Notes under the pieces: generated by a model
Seen by the model: the letters and a program-made list of their open reading frames with translations, nothing else
Database searches by the model: none
What the model was told of the DNA's origin: nothing
Shown here: positions 9,095 through 19,347 of the stretch, in pieces
Position numbering within the stretch: the first letter of the stretch is position 1
How the letters are laid out: each line of letters opens with the position of its first letter
Assembly: GCA_033344815.1 (NCBI GenBank)
Contig: JAWPMR010000001.1
Location: 46,136 to 110,135 of the forward strand
Length of the DNA: 64,000 nt
Direction of reading: 5' to 3'
From: Paracoccaceae bacterium
GTDB taxonomy: Bacteria; Pseudomonadota; Alphaproteobacteria; Rhodobacterales; Rhodobacteraceae
Position numbers and translations under genes: made by a program

Positions 9095-9107
9095 CAAATA
9101 GCGGTTT

Positions 9108-9184
9108 TGGTAGGCCCGGCAGGACTTGAACCCGCAACCAAAGCGTTATGAGCGCTCTGCTCTAACCAGTTGAGCTACAGGCCC
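9108..9184 (-). tRNA. tRNA-Ile2 (CAT, lysidine type)
   Basis: Reverse complement GGGCCTGTAGCTCAACTGGTTAGAGCAGAGCGCTCATAACGCTTTGGTTGCGGGTTCAAGTCCTGCCGGGCCTACCA: 77 nt, anticodon CAT. The GGGCCT acceptor stem and CT-CAT-AA loop fit Ile2 better than Met. Confidence 0.9.
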
Positions 9185-9313
9185 GCCACAAATGCGTGCC
9201 TAAGCCGCGCAGATGCCCGCGTCAAGAGGCGGATGGCGCAATGGCGGGCGTTGCATGCGCGGCACGAATGCTCTAACCCGCCAGCAGGAAATCTGTTGCG
9301 CGGGGACCGGAGT

Positions 9314-10360
9314 ATGACGCTGCCGAAAAATGGGATCACTTACGCGGATGCCGGGGTGGATATTGATGCGGGCAACGCGCTTGTCGACCGGATAAAACCG
9401 GCGGCAAAACGGACCAATCGCAGTGGTGTGATGGCGGGGCTAGGCGGATTCGGGGCTCTCTTTGATCTTAAAGATGCCGGATACATTGACCCCGTTCTTG
9501 TGGCAGCGACAGACGGTGTGGGAACAAAGCTGCGTATCGCAATTGATACCGGGAATGTCGACGAGGTCGGCATTGATCTTGTCGCCATGTGCGTCAACGA
9601 TCTGGTTTGCCAAGGCGCGGAGCCTTTGTTTTTTCTCGACTATTTCGCAACTGGCGCGCTGGAAACCGATCAGGCGGCGCGCATCATTGAAGGCATCGCT
9701 TTGGGATGTGAACGGGCAGGGTGCGCGTTGATTGGGGGCGAGACGGCGGAGATGCCGGGCATGTACCCGGCTGGCGACTTTGATCTGGCCGGTTTTTCTG
9801 TGGGTGCAATGGAACGCGGTCAGGATCTTCCGGCGGGTGTGGCAGTGGGCGATGTTCTTTTGGGACTGGCCTCAGATGGCATCCACTCAAATGGTTACAG
9901 TCTGGTGCGCAAGCTGGTGGAATTATCCGGGCTGCAGTGGGGCGATGACTGCCCATGGTCAGACCAGTCGCTGGGTGCGGAATTGCTGACGCCGACTCGT
10001 CTTTATGTCAAACCGGCGCTGGCCGCGGTCCGTGCAGGCGGTGTACACGCGCTGGCCCATATTACCGGGGGAGGTCTGACCGAAAACCTGCCGCGTGTTT
10101 TGCCGGACGATTTGGGGGTAGAAATCGACTTGGAAACCTGGGTATTGCCCGAAGTCTTTTCATGGATGGTGCGCACAGGCGGCATGGTTGAGGCAGAATT
10201 GCTGAAGACGTTCAACTGTGGACTGGGCATGATCCTCGTGGTCGCGCCAGAACAGGCGGATGCGGTTACCGCTTTGTTGGCAGATCACGGCGAAGATGTA
10301 ACCCGCATCGGTGCCGTCACAGAAACCCCCGGCGTGCGGTACAAGGGTGCTCTTTTGTGA
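9314..10360 (+). CDS. purM: Phosphoribosylformylglycinamidine cyclo-ligase
   Basis: [34 protein letters not shown]; ATG at 9314 after GGAG. Confidence 0.97.
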   Translation: MTLPKNGITYADAGVDIDAGNALVDRIKPAAKRTNRSGVMAGLGGFGALFDLKDAGYIDPVLVAATDGVGTKLRIAIDTGNVDEVGIDLVAMCVNDLVCQGAEPLFFLDYFATGALETDQAARIIEGIALGCERAGCALIGGETAEMPGMYPAGDFDLAGFSVGAMERGQDLPAGVAVGDVLLGLASDGIHSNGYSLVRKLVELSGLQWGDDCPWSDQSLGAELLTPTRLYVKPALAAVRAGGVHALAHITGGGLTENLPRVLPDDLGVEIDLETWVLPEVFSWMVRTGGMVEAELLKTFNCGLGMILVVAPEQADAVTALLADHGEDVTRIGAVTETPGVRYKGALL

Positions 10361-10950
10361 GCAAACGCGTCGCAATCTTCATTTCCGGCGGCGGTTCCAA
10401 CATGCTCAAGCTGCTGGAGAGCATGACAGATGATCACCCTGCGCGGGCCTGCGTGGTTTTGTCCAACGACCCCAGGGCCAAAGGGTTGGAGAGCGCAGAG
10501 GCGCGCGGCGTGCCTACAGAGGTCGTGCGGCATCAACCTTTTGGCGGCGACCGGGTCGCATTTGAGCATGCGATCACCGGTGCGATTGCGCATCATGCGC
10601 CGGATTTCATTTGCCTGGCTGGATTTATGCGCAAGCTGACGGCCAGCTTTGTAGATCCATGGCGGGGGAAGATGCTCAACATTCATCCCTCGCTTCTGCC
10701 AAAATACAGAGGCCTGAATACCCACGCGCGCGCACTTGAGGCAGGTGACACAGTTCATGGCTGCACCGTTCATGAGGTCACGCCGCAGCTGGATGACGGT
10801 CCGATTTTGGGTCAATCCGAGGTGCCGGTTCTGCCCGACGACACGCCCGAGGTTCTGGCCGCACGAGTCCTGACACAGGAACATCTGCTCTATCCTGCGG
10901 TTCTGCGCCGTTTTGCGGCCGGTGATCGCCGCCCAATCCTTTTGCGTTAA
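10357..10950 (+). CDS. purN: Phosphoribosylglycinamide formyltransferase
   Basis: [25 protein letters not shown]; overlaps the purM stop. Confidence 0.97.
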   Translation: MSKRVAIFISGGGSNMLKLLESMTDDHPARACVVLSNDPRAKGLESAEARGVPTEVVRHQPFGGDRVAFEHAITGAIAHHAPDFICLAGFMRKLTASFVDPWRGKMLNIHPSLLPKYRGLNTHARALEAGDTVHGCTVHEVTPQLDDGPILGQSEVPVLPDDTPEVLAARVLTQEHLLYPAVLRRFAAGDRRPILLR

Positions 10951-11041
10951 GGCTTTGTTGAGGGTTCTGGTCAAAGGTCTGGGGCTCGTGTAACACTTTT
11001 GTGGCTGGGTATAATTACCAACTGAAAAAAGAAACGCCCCG

Positions 11042-12202
11042 ATGAAAACACTCACCACGACCGAGGAACTGGCTGCTTTTTGTACAGAAGCGGCGGGTCA
11101 CGACTATGTGACGCTCGATACTGAGTTTCTGCGTGAACGGACCTATTATTCCAAGCTTTGCCTGATCCAGATGGCCATGCCGGGATCCGATGACAGCACC
11201 GCAGTTCTGGTTGATCCGCTGTCGGGCAATATGTCTCTTGAACCGCTCTATGAGCTGTTCCGAGACACATCGGTCGTGAAAGTGTTTCATGCAGCGCGTC
11301 AGGATCTGGAAATCTTTTACGTGGACGCGCAAGTCTTTCCCGAACCGCTGTTTGACACCCAGGTCGCGGCAATGGTCTGCGGTTTTGGCGAACAGGTCGG
11401 GTATGAAACGCTGGTGCGCCGGATTACAAAGCAACCGCTGGATAAAACCTCGCGGTTCACCGATTGGTCCCGGCGTCCTTTGACAGACGCGCAAAAGACT
11501 TATGCCTTGGCAGATGTGACACATCTGCGCGATATTTATGAATATCTGGCAAAACAATTGGCCAAGAGCGAACGCGCGCGCTGGGTGAGTGAGGAACTCA
11601 CGGTTCTGACCAGTCCTGACACCTATGTCGTGACCCCTCAGGAAGCATGGCGCAGAGTCAAAACCCGCACGAATTCACCAAAATTCCTGGCTGTTGTGCG
11701 CGAATTGGCAGCATTCCGGGAGCGCTTCGCGCAGGATCGCAACATACCGCGCAACCGCGTTTTCAAGGATGATGCCCTGGTGGAACTTGCGTCAAACAAA
11801 CCGAAGAACAACGAAGAACTGGGTCGAGCACGCCTCTTGTTGCGCGAAGCGCGACGTGGCGATATTGCCGAGGGCATTCTGAAGGCTGTCGCCGCCGGAG
11901 TTGCGTGTCCGCCTGATCAGATGCCCAAACCGGATCGATCGCGCGACAAACTACAGGTCAACCCGGCGCTCGCGGATCTCTTGCGCGTGCTGCTGAAAGC
12001 AAAGACCGAAAGTGCAGGGGTCGCGGCCAAACTCATCGCGCCCACGTCGGAACTTGATGCGATCGCTGCTGGATTGCGAGACGTGCCGGCTCTTTCGGGC
12101 TGGCGCAAAGAGGTATTCGGCGCAGATGCACTTAGGCTTTGTGATGGGAAAATTGCGTTGACAGCAGATGGTTCAGACGTACGCATTGTTGCTTTGGACT
12201 AG
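11042..12202 (+). CDS. rnd: Ribonuclease D
   Basis: DTEFLRERTY, FHAARQD, LFDTQVAA, YALADV; HRDC domain. Confidence 0.96.
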   Translation: MKTLTTTEELAAFCTEAAGHDYVTLDTEFLRERTYYSKLCLIQMAMPGSDDSTAVLVDPLSGNMSLEPLYELFRDTSVVKVFHAARQDLEIFYVDAQVFPEPLFDTQVAAMVCGFGEQVGYETLVRRITKQPLDKTSRFTDWSRRPLTDAQKTYALADVTHLRDIYEYLAKQLAKSERARWVSEELTVLTSPDTYVVTPQEAWRRVKTRTNSPKFLAVVRELAAFRERFAQDRNIPRNRVFKDDALVELASNKPKNNEELGRARLLLREARRGDIAEGILKAVAAGVACPPDQMPKPDRSRDKLQVNPALADLLRVLLKAKTESAGVAAKLIAPTSELDAIAAGLRDVPALSGWRKEVFGADALRLCDGKIALTADGSDVRIVALD

Positions 12203-12223
12203 GATCGCCAGCGCGCAACTGGT

Positions 12224-12730
12224 TTAACGGCGGGCTTGCACCGCGTTGTTCTTGGCCTCTACCCGGATCGTGCGTGTGCCTTGAAGTTTTTGATTGGTGA
12301 CTTTGCGCGCCGCTACGACTTCGCGGGACGCGGGCGGGCCGCTTCCTGCACTCGGCCCTTGCAGCCCTTGCAGGCGATAGGTCAACACACCATCCACTGC
12401 CTGTTCATCGTCGTTGTCAGGCGTCAATTGCACAGCATAAAAACCCTGCCGCGCAGCAACGCCGGTGGCGCGAATGATGATACCGTCCGGAACGCGCTCC
12501 ACCACAAGGCTGCTCACGGTATCCAGTGGCTGGCCAATAAACACAACTTCCTCGTTGTTGGATCGAAACAACCCGGAACGATCCGGGATCAACGGATTGG
12601 TGTTTTCACTTGATGCTGCGACAGGTGCCGCACTGCGACTGCCGCCGAACCAATTGAAGGGATTGGCTTTGGTCGCACAGCCCGAAACAGCAAGGGTCGA
12701 GATCAAAAGAGCGTAAACTGATGTGCGCAT
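12224..12730 (-). CDS. Conserved hypothetical lipoprotein
   Basis: Signal peptide with lipobox LAVSGC. Confidence 0.8.
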   Translation of the reverse strand: MRTSVYALLISTLAVSGCATKANPFNWFGGSRSAAPVAASSENTNPLIPDRSGLFRSNNEEVVFIGQPLDTVSSLVVERVPDGIIIRATGVAARQGFYAVQLTPDNDDEQAVDGVLTYRLQGLQGPSAGSGPPASREVVAARKVTNQKLQGTRTIRVEAKNNAVQARR

Positions 12731-12853
12731 GAAGCCTGCCGTTTGTTTTTATCAGTTGTGAACTATCGCATCTTGATCGTGTTGAAAAGCATGAAGGTTA
12801 CTGGACCTTCTTGCGCGCAGGCCCTACCTGACAGAAAGAAAAAGAGGACAAAC

Positions 12854-13261
12854 ATGGCGCAGACAGCATTTGAGGAACTGGTCGAAGACTTCGAGTTTTT
12901 GGAGGATTGGGAAGATCGTTATCGCCTCGTGATTGAGGAAGGCAAAGCCATGGCACCCCTGGAAGATGCGCTCAAAGTTCCCGCAACAAAAGTGGACGGA
13001 TGCGCCAGTCAGGTTTGGCTGCATGCAACGATCACGAAAGGTATTCTGCATTTTGACGGGGAGAGTGATGCAATGATTGTTAACGGTCTGATTGCGGTGC
13101 TGCGGAAGCTCTATAACGGTCTCTCGGTTAAAGATGTGTTGGATGTTGATGCCCGCGAGGCGATGGGCCGCTTGGGATTGAACGATCACCTATCTGCGCA
13201 ACGATCAAATGGGTTGCGGGCTATGATCGAACGTATCCGCATGGTTGCTGCCGCAGCCTGA
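12854..13261 (+). CDS. sufE: SufE-family Fe-S assembly sulfur acceptor
   Basis: DWEDRYRLVIE, KVDGCASQVWL, SAQRSNGL; ATG at 12854 after GAGG. Confidence 0.92.
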   Translation: MAQTAFEELVEDFEFLEDWEDRYRLVIEEGKAMAPLEDALKVPATKVDGCASQVWLHATITKGILHFDGESDAMIVNGLIAVLRKLYNGLSVKDVLDVDAREAMGRLGLNDHLSAQRSNGLRAMIERIRMVAAAA

Positions 13262-13342
13262 TCCAATTGCGGCGTCAAAGACGCCACGCGATTGTTCAGA
13301 TTTCCTTGCGGAAATTGCCGAGAGCGCACGTAATCCGTTGCG

Positions 13343-13981
13343 TCATAGTTTTTTGAGTGCGGCGGCCAGATCGCCATAGCCTGTGAAGCGGCGCTCAAAG
13401 GACAACCCTAGAAACGCGGCGCAGTCCTTGGCTTTTTGCGTCAGTTCGGGATCATCGGTCTGCGCCTGATAAACAAGCTTTTCATAGTTTGCGAAATACA
13501 TATCGCGCAGCTCCGGGTGGCGATCGAGCCCCATGGGTTTGACAACAAAGGCATCAAATTGGCGCACCAGGAAGTCGGTCAGATAAAAGGCAGTGATTTC
13601 GCTTTCACTATGGGCGCTGAACCGTTCATTACCTTCAAAAAAGGAATAGCAATGGGGACCTGCGATCATTTCCACGCCCATTTCCTTGCAGGCTTTCTGC
13701 AAAAGCCCGCCCGTGCCGCAATCTGCATAGACAATGAAGATCTGGTCATATTGGCGTTGATGTTTAGCGACAGCATCACGCACGCCTTGTGTGATTTTCT
13801 CGGGGTAGAGATGGTAGTTGGCCGGCAGGCAAACCAGATCGAGATGCGTCCAGCCATTTGCGGCCTTGAGATCCAGGATTTCGCGGGCGAGCGCGCCACA
13901 GGCAATCAACAGGACCTTGCCGTTCTTATGTTCAAGTGGCAGGCCAGTTTCCGTCAATTTGGTATCGTTCAGGTCCTGCAT
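13343..13981 (-). CDS. DUF1638-domain protein associated with corrinoid proteins
   Basis: IACGALARE, YADCGTGG, PHCYSFF, FYLTDFL; directly downstream of the B12-binding gene. Confidence 0.85.
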   Translation of the reverse strand: MQDLNDTKLTETGLPLEHKNGKVLLIACGALAREILDLKAANGWTHLDLVCLPANYHLYPEKITQGVRDAVAKHQRQYDQIFIVYADCGTGGLLQKACKEMGVEMIAGPHCYSFFEGNERFSAHSESEITAFYLTDFLVRQFDAFVVKPMGLDRHPELRDMYFANYEKLVYQAQTDDPELTQKAKDCAAFLGLSFERRFTGYGDLAAALKKL

Positions 13982-14048
13982 TCACGCCTTTCACAAAAAC
14001 GGCCCGTGCCGATCTCCCGACACAGGCCGCAAATCCGGTGTTGGGGTC

Positions 14049-14747
14049 TCAGGCGGATTTTTGGTTGTGTTTGCGACCAACCCATTCCTTTGCAGTTTCC
14101 ACCGCAACGGCGGCATCACGACAATAAGCATCTGCGCCAATGGCTTTGCCGAACTCTTCGTTCAGAGGGGCACCACCGACTAGGACAATGTAGTCATCGC
14201 GGATACCCTGTTCGACCATCGTGTCGATCACGACTTTCATATAAGGCATCGTTGTGGTCAGGAGGGCGGACATGCCCAGAATATCGGGGCCTTCTTTTTC
14301 CATCGCTTCGAGATAAGCTTCCACCGCATTGTTAATGCCAAGATCGACGACCTCAAAACCGGCACCTTCCATCATCATGCCAACCAGGTTTTTGCCGATG
14401 TCGTGGATGTCACCCTTGACTGTGCCAATGACCATCTTGCCGACGCGCGGCGCACCGGTTTCAGCCAAAAGTGGTTTAAGGATGCTCATGCCGCCTTTCA
14501 TTGCGTTGGCGGCCAGTAATACCTCGGGTACGAACAAAATGCCGTCGCGGAAATCAGCGCCGACAATGGTCATGCCACCGACCAGCGCCTTGGTCAGAAT
14601 GTCGTAAGGTTCCCAGCCGCGTTCCAACAGAATGTTGACGGCTTCCATGATTTCTTCTTTGAGACCGTCGTAAAGGTCATCAAACATCTGCTGGACAAGT
14701 TCTTCGTCGTCCAACTCTGAAAGGATGATTTCGTCTTCGTCTGACAT
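14049..14747 (-). CDS. Cobalamin-binding (cap plus B12) module of a split methionine synthase
   Basis: GTVKGDIHDIGKN (DxHxxG), MSALLTTT, VGGAP; N-terminal cap FVPEVLLAANAM. Confidence 0.93.
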   Translation of the reverse strand: MSDEDEIILSELDDEELVQQMFDDLYDGLKEEIMEAVNILLERGWEPYDILTKALVGGMTIVGADFRDGILFVPEVLLAANAMKGGMSILKPLLAETGAPRVGKMVIGTVKGDIHDIGKNLVGMMMEGAGFEVVDLGINNAVEAYLEAMEKEGPDILGMSALLTTTMPYMKVVIDTMVEQGIRDDYIVLVGGAPLNEEFGKAIGADAYCRDAAVAVETAKEWVGRKHNQKSA

Positions 14748-14889
14748 TGGCTTTCCTTTATTGCCGTACCAGAAAGCGGGGCACGGTCTCCGATCCCTTG
14801 TGACAGAACGACACCACCTGACTTTTCAAATTGCGACACGCAGATAACGATGTGCGACGCTGTGACGCTATTTTGGCGGTGCGTATAAG

Positions 14890-14926
14890 TCACCGTACAA
14901 CCTGGAGTATTGGCTTGTACGGGTGA
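14890..14926. terminator. Stem-loop downstream of the RND gene
   Basis: TCACC-GTACAA ... TTGTACGGGTGA inverted repeat. Confidence 0.45.
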
Positions 14927-14960
14927 GGCCGGTTTGTAGCGAAAATTGGTTTAAGGCTTG

Positions 14961-17900
14961 TTACTCAGCGGCCTGCACAAGGTTCAAGGGCGCGGGCCTT
15001 GTGGAAACACTGGCGGAATTTGCCATCTTTGCTTTGCTTTTGCCCGCATAAATCAAGGCGAACATTGGCGGTGTGAAATAAAATGAAACGACCGTCGACA
15101 GCAAAACGCCACCCGCGACGGACATTGCGAATGGCGGCCAGAACCCACCGCCCGCCAGGATAAGAGGTAAAAATCCTCCAAAGGTTGTGATGGTGGTGCT
15201 GATGATGTGGCGGCTGGAGCCCATCAGGACATTCACCATTGCTTCGCGGTCGCCATTGCGGGCATCCGGGTCATCCCGCAGGCCGGTCATGATGATGATC
15301 GCGGCGTTGATTGACACACCAATGGAGCCGATGACGCCGATGATGGCATTAATGCCAAAGGGGTATTGGAAAATAGCCAAGGCCAGAATGCTCAGCCCGG
15401 CAGACAGGACGCTGACGATCAGGGCAATGGCCGACAGACGGAAGGAATTGAACGTCATAACGATCGCGGCGATGGACAGGGTGACGATCAAACCGAGTGA
15501 TGCCAGCAAATTGCCCAGCGTTTCGGCACGCGCATCGCTGTCGCCGCCAATCTCTAGGCGGTACCCTGCGGGCAGGGTGAAGCCAGCGGCGTCCAGTGCA
15601 GTACGGACCTGGGCGAGCGCCTCTTCGGGCAACACGTCTCGCAGGATGAAGGCCTGAATGGTGTTGACCCTTTCGGCATTGCGCCGGGTGATGATGGGCT
15701 CGCTGGGAGACAGGGAGATTCCAGCAATCGCCGACATGGGAACCCCGGGGAAAAGTCCGCGCGCCGATTGTTCGGCGGCATCCGGGGGCAGGAGAATCAT
15801 ATCTGCAATGGCCGTCAGATCGCCGCGCGTTGCGTCCCCGAACCGTACGCGCACGGGTAACTCTTCGGGTCCCTCCAGCAGGGAGCCGCCCGTGACGCCC
15901 TCGAGCCCTGCTTCGAGTTGGCGCGAAACGGCAGCGAGTTCCAGGCCCAGTTGCCGGGCTTTGGCTTCATTTACGTCAATGCTCACTTCAGGCGCGCCCG
16001 TTGTGACCGTGCCACGTGTCAGCGTGACAGCATCCACGTCCGAGATGATGCGGCGCATCTGTGCCCCGGTGTCGCGCAAAGTTGCCAGATCGGGTCCCAC
16101 CAGACGCAATTCGACCGGTGCGTCGACGGGAGGGCCTTGTACCAGGCCGCGCACCAGAACCTGCGCCTCGGGGGCGGCGGCACCGATTTCGCGTTCAAGC
16201 CGGGCAATCAGAATTTCGGTGGCCTCAGGGGAATGGGTGGTAACGAGCGCCTGCGCGAAACGTGCAGCATTGTCGCGCGCGCTGACCATATTGTAATAAA
16301 ACGCGGGCGCGGATCTGCCAATGACCCAGGATACCTGTTTCGTCTCAGGCGCGGCACGCAACAGGTCATCCAGCCGATCCACCACTTGCGTGGTTTGTCC
16401 GATGGCCGCACCGGGCCGCAGATCGACCTCAATGTGAAATTGATCACGGTCCACGCCAGGAAAGAACTGTGCCGTCAAGAGCGGCATGGACATGAAGCCC
16501 ACGATCGGCAAGACCAGCGACAGGGCAACGGAGCGCACCGGGTTGCGCACCGCCCAGCGAAGTGTTGCGGCGAACCCATCCGAAAGGCTGCGGATCTTGA
16601 GACCATTGGCAAAGGTGCTGGTGTTGCCAGCGGCGGGCATTGCCCAGCCGGCAATAGCGGGCGTGACGGTAATGGCGATCACGAAAGACCATAGCAACAT
16701 GGTCACCACGGCGATGGCGATGGAGCCAACGAAATCACCGGCAGGGCCGGGCAGCAAGATCATCGGCGTAAAGGACAGGGCGGTGGTGACAGTGGAAGCA
16801 AAAAGCGGGGCCGCGAGCCTGCGCACAGAACTCTTTACGGCCGCAATCCTGGTCTGACCCTTGCTGATGCGCTGTCCGACCTCATCCGTCATGACGATTC
16901 CGGCATCCACCAGCAAGCCAAGAGCCACAATCAAACCAGTCACGGACATCTGGTGAATGGCGAGGCCGATCACATTCATTGTGGCCAGCGTCGCCAGCGA
17001 AACCAGCGGCAAAATGAGCGCGACAATCAAGGCGGCGCGCACCCCCATGGTGATCAGTAACACCCCAACCACAAGAGCGACACCAATGGCCATGTTGCCG
17101 CCGACCTCGGTGAGCCGTTCAGCCGTGTATCGGCTTTGATCAAAAATCAGCTCGGCTGTGATGCTGCTTGGGACGTCGTTCTGAAAGCCTGCAAGAGACG
17201 TTTTTACACGTTCCATCCAGACATCGACCTGCAAACCGTCTTCCAGTTTGGCAGCCACCAGAACGGCAGGCGCGCCATTGTGCAAGGCTGCCTCAGAGAG
17301 GGGCAGGCGCGGGCCTCTGGTGATATCGGCGATGTCGCCAATGCGTGTGACCTGACCGTCCGGTCCTTCGCGCACGATCATTTCACGCACCCGCTCCAGA
17401 GCAGTGATGTCGCCTGCCACGTCGATGATCAACTCATTGGCAAAGCTGCGTACGCGCCCTGCCTGACCCTTACTGTCGCCACGCGCAATGACGCTCGACA
17501 CATCATCCGCCGTAAGCCCCAAGGCCGCGGCCTTCATCGGATCAAGCGTGACGAGCACTTCTTCTTCGGGAGCACCAAAGGTTTCGACCTGTTTGGTGCC
17601 AGACAGGCTGCGGATGTCATCGGCAAGGCTCTCGCCAAACCGCCCCATGATCGTCAGCGGGACCTCTGCGTGAGTGGCTGACAAGGCCATGATCGCACCG
17701 AAGGTTCCCGCACCGTCTGACGAAAAATCCGGTGTCTGCACCCCTTGGGGAAAATTCGCCTCCGCATCGCCTAAAGCATCGCGAATTTCCGACCAGACCT
17801 GCTCGATACGGTCATCCGCCAATGTGTCGAGGAGATCGACCTGCACGATGGACACGCCCGTGGCCGAGGTTGAATTGATTTCATCCACCTCGGGAATTTC

Positions 17901-18110
17901 GCGCAGGGCGTCTTCGATTTCAGCCGTAACCAGTGTTTCAACACGCGCGGGGTCTGCACCGGGATAGGCGGTGGTGATATTGGCAAAGAGATTGGTAATC
18001 GTCGGGTCTTCCTGCCGCCCGATCGCAAGCAAGGACGACAACCCAGCCGCTATGATGACCAGAAGAACAAGAGCAACTATACGCGGTTGGCGAAACGTCA
18101 GCGTTTCCAT
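14961..18110 (-). CDS. RND efflux permease (AcrB/AcrD/AcrF family)
   Basis: 1049 aa with two 6-TM halves; RQEDPTI, GLLVDAGIV, RRNAERVNTI. Confidence 0.93.
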   Translation of the reverse strand: METLTFRQPRIVALVLLVIIAAGLSSLLAIGRQEDPTITNLFANITTAYPGADPARVETLVTAEIEDALREIPEVDEINSTSATGVSIVQVDLLDTLADDRIEQVWSEIRDALGDAEANFPQGVQTPDFSSDGAGTFGAIMALSATHAEVPLTIMGRFGESLADDIRSLSGTKQVETFGAPEEEVLVTLDPMKAAALGLTADDVSSVIARGDSKGQAGRVRSFANELIIDVAGDITALERVREMIVREGPDGQVTRIGDIADITRGPRLPLSEAALHNGAPAVLVAAKLEDGLQVDVWMERVKTSLAGFQNDVPSSITAELIFDQSRYTAERLTEVGGNMAIGVALVVGVLLITMGVRAALIVALILPLVSLATLATMNVIGLAIHQMSVTGLIVALGLLVDAGIVMTDEVGQRISKGQTRIAAVKSSVRRLAAPLFASTVTTALSFTPMILLPGPAGDFVGSIAIAVVTMLLWSFVIAITVTPAIAGWAMPAAGNTSTFANGLKIRSLSDGFAATLRWAVRNPVRSVALSLVLPIVGFMSMPLLTAQFFPGVDRDQFHIEVDLRPGAAIGQTTQVVDRLDDLLRAAPETKQVSWVIGRSAPAFYYNMVSARDNAARFAQALVTTHSPEATEILIARLEREIGAAAPEAQVLVRGLVQGPPVDAPVELRLVGPDLATLRDTGAQMRRIISDVDAVTLTRGTVTTGAPEVSIDVNEAKARQLGLELAAVSRQLEAGLEGVTGGSLLEGPEELPVRVRFGDATRGDLTAIADMILLPPDAAEQSARGLFPGVPMSAIAGISLSPSEPIITRRNAERVNTIQAFILRDVLPEEALAQVRTALDAAGFTLPAGYRLEIGGDSDARAETLGNLLASLGLIVTLSIAAIVMTFNSFRLSAIALIVSVLSAGLSILALAIFQYPFGINAIIGVIGSIGVSINAAIIIMTGLRDDPDARNGDREAMVNVLMGSSRHIISTTITTFGGFLPLILAGGGFWPPFAMSVAGGVLLSTVVSFYFTPPMFALIYAGKSKAKMANSASVSTRPAPLNLVQAAE

Positions 18111-19267
18111 CAGCTTGTCTCATCCAGAATGCGTATACTCTGACCCTTGACGACCCGGTGCGGACCATCGGTGATATAACGTGTGCCTTCAACAAAAGTG
18201 CCGCGCACATAGGCCCGCTCGCCATCCGAAAACAACACTTCTACGGCCTCGTTCTGCACGGTCGCAGGGGTACTGTCCTTGACTGTCATCAAGCGCCACA
18301 AACCTCGCGGGGCATCCTGGAGTGCTCCGAGTGGCACCCAGGCGCCGCGTTCCACCACATGTTGTTTCATCACAAGCATGCCAGTGTCTCGCAGCGGCGG
18401 AAGGTCATCCCCGGCGATATTGAACAGTACAGTGCGCGTTCGGGTCGCGCTATCCAGTTCTGGCAGGATCGAATCGAATGCCAGCTCAAATGCGTCTCCG
18501 TCAAAAATGACCTGGAATTCGGTTTGCTCTGACAGCGCGGTGACCATGCCCGGGGTCAGCCCGACGCGAAATTGCTGCCCATCGGTTTCAACAAGGGACA
18601 GTATCGCCTGTCCCGCGCCTACTGCGCCACCTGTATCCACCAGACGTGTCGACACCGTGGCCTCAAAAGGCGCACGCAGTTCAGATTTTTCCAATTGCAA
18701 TGTGATGGATACAAGGCTCGCGTCTATTTCCGCGATGCGGGCTTCGAGTTCGGTAAGGCGCAACGCGACATTGTCCACGGCTTGCTTTGAAGCAAAGCCG
18801 CGGTCCTTGAGTTCGGTTTGTCTCTCAGTTGTGCGCCGGGCAAGTTCCGCCTGAGCTTCAAGTGCGCGCCGGACCGCTGTCAGCCGGGTGTGTTCAGCGC
18901 TGATCAGGCGGGTATCCAGACGCGCAATCAGGGCTCCGGCTGCAAGAGTGTCGCCTTCATCTACCGCCAGCAGGGCAAGCGTTCCGCCCTGTTCAAAGGC
19001 CATGGTAGTCCGCTGCGCCGCCTCGATCTGGCCCGGGAACCGGCGCGTGACCTTGTATCCGTTCTCGAGTCTCAACTGGGCGGTTGCAACCTGCATCGGG
19101 AGCGTCTCTTGCGGCGCAATTACTTCTGCGGCGCGCTGAGCAAGCCCGCTTTGGGCCGTGATGATCAGCCCGACGGCAAGCCCGACCACCAAAAGGGTGC
19201 AGACGAGCGTCACGCCTTGTCGTAAGATGCGACGCCAAAGGGGTTTGGTCGGAACGATAGTCGACAT
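18110..19267 (-). CDS. RND periplasmic adaptor (membrane fusion protein)
   Basis: N-terminal TM, lipoyl-like halves (VDEGD, LRAPFEATV), coiled coil; stop overlaps the permease start. Confidence 0.92.
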   Translation of the reverse strand: MSTIVPTKPLWRRILRQGVTLVCTLLVVGLAVGLIITAQSGLAQRAAEVIAPQETLPMQVATAQLRLENGYKVTRRFPGQIEAAQRTTMAFEQGGTLALLAVDEGDTLAAGALIARLDTRLISAEHTRLTAVRRALEAQAELARRTTERQTELKDRGFASKQAVDNVALRLTELEARIAEIDASLVSITLQLEKSELRAPFEATVSTRLVDTGGAVGAGQAILSLVETDGQQFRVGLTPGMVTALSEQTEFQVIFDGDAFELAFDSILPELDSATRTRTVLFNIAGDDLPPLRDTGMLVMKQHVVERGAWVPLGALQDAPRGLWRLMTVKDSTPATVQNEAVEVLFSDGERAYVRGTFVEGTRYITDGPHRVVKGQSIRILDETS

Positions 19268-19288
19268 TGCCTGAGCCTCACTTGTGAA

Positions 19289-19303
19289 GTAAGTGTCACT
19301 TAC
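19289..19303. promoter_or_regulatory. Probable TetR operator
   Basis: Perfect palindrome GTAAGTG-T-CACTTAC in the 80-bp gap between the divergent adaptor and TetR genes. Confidence 0.7.
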
Positions 19304-19347
19304 ATATGTTACAGGCTATAACTTAATCAAGCGCAAAGGAGCGTTTT

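Noticed and set aside
9108-9184. Calling the CAT-anticodon tRNA tRNA-Met
   Set aside because: It lacks initiator features (unpaired C1, three G-C pairs in the anticodon stem) and resembles alphaproteobacterial Ile2.
14750-14960. SAM-alpha or cobalamin riboswitch upstream of the B12-binding gene
   Set aside because: Conserved core sequences were not recognisable.
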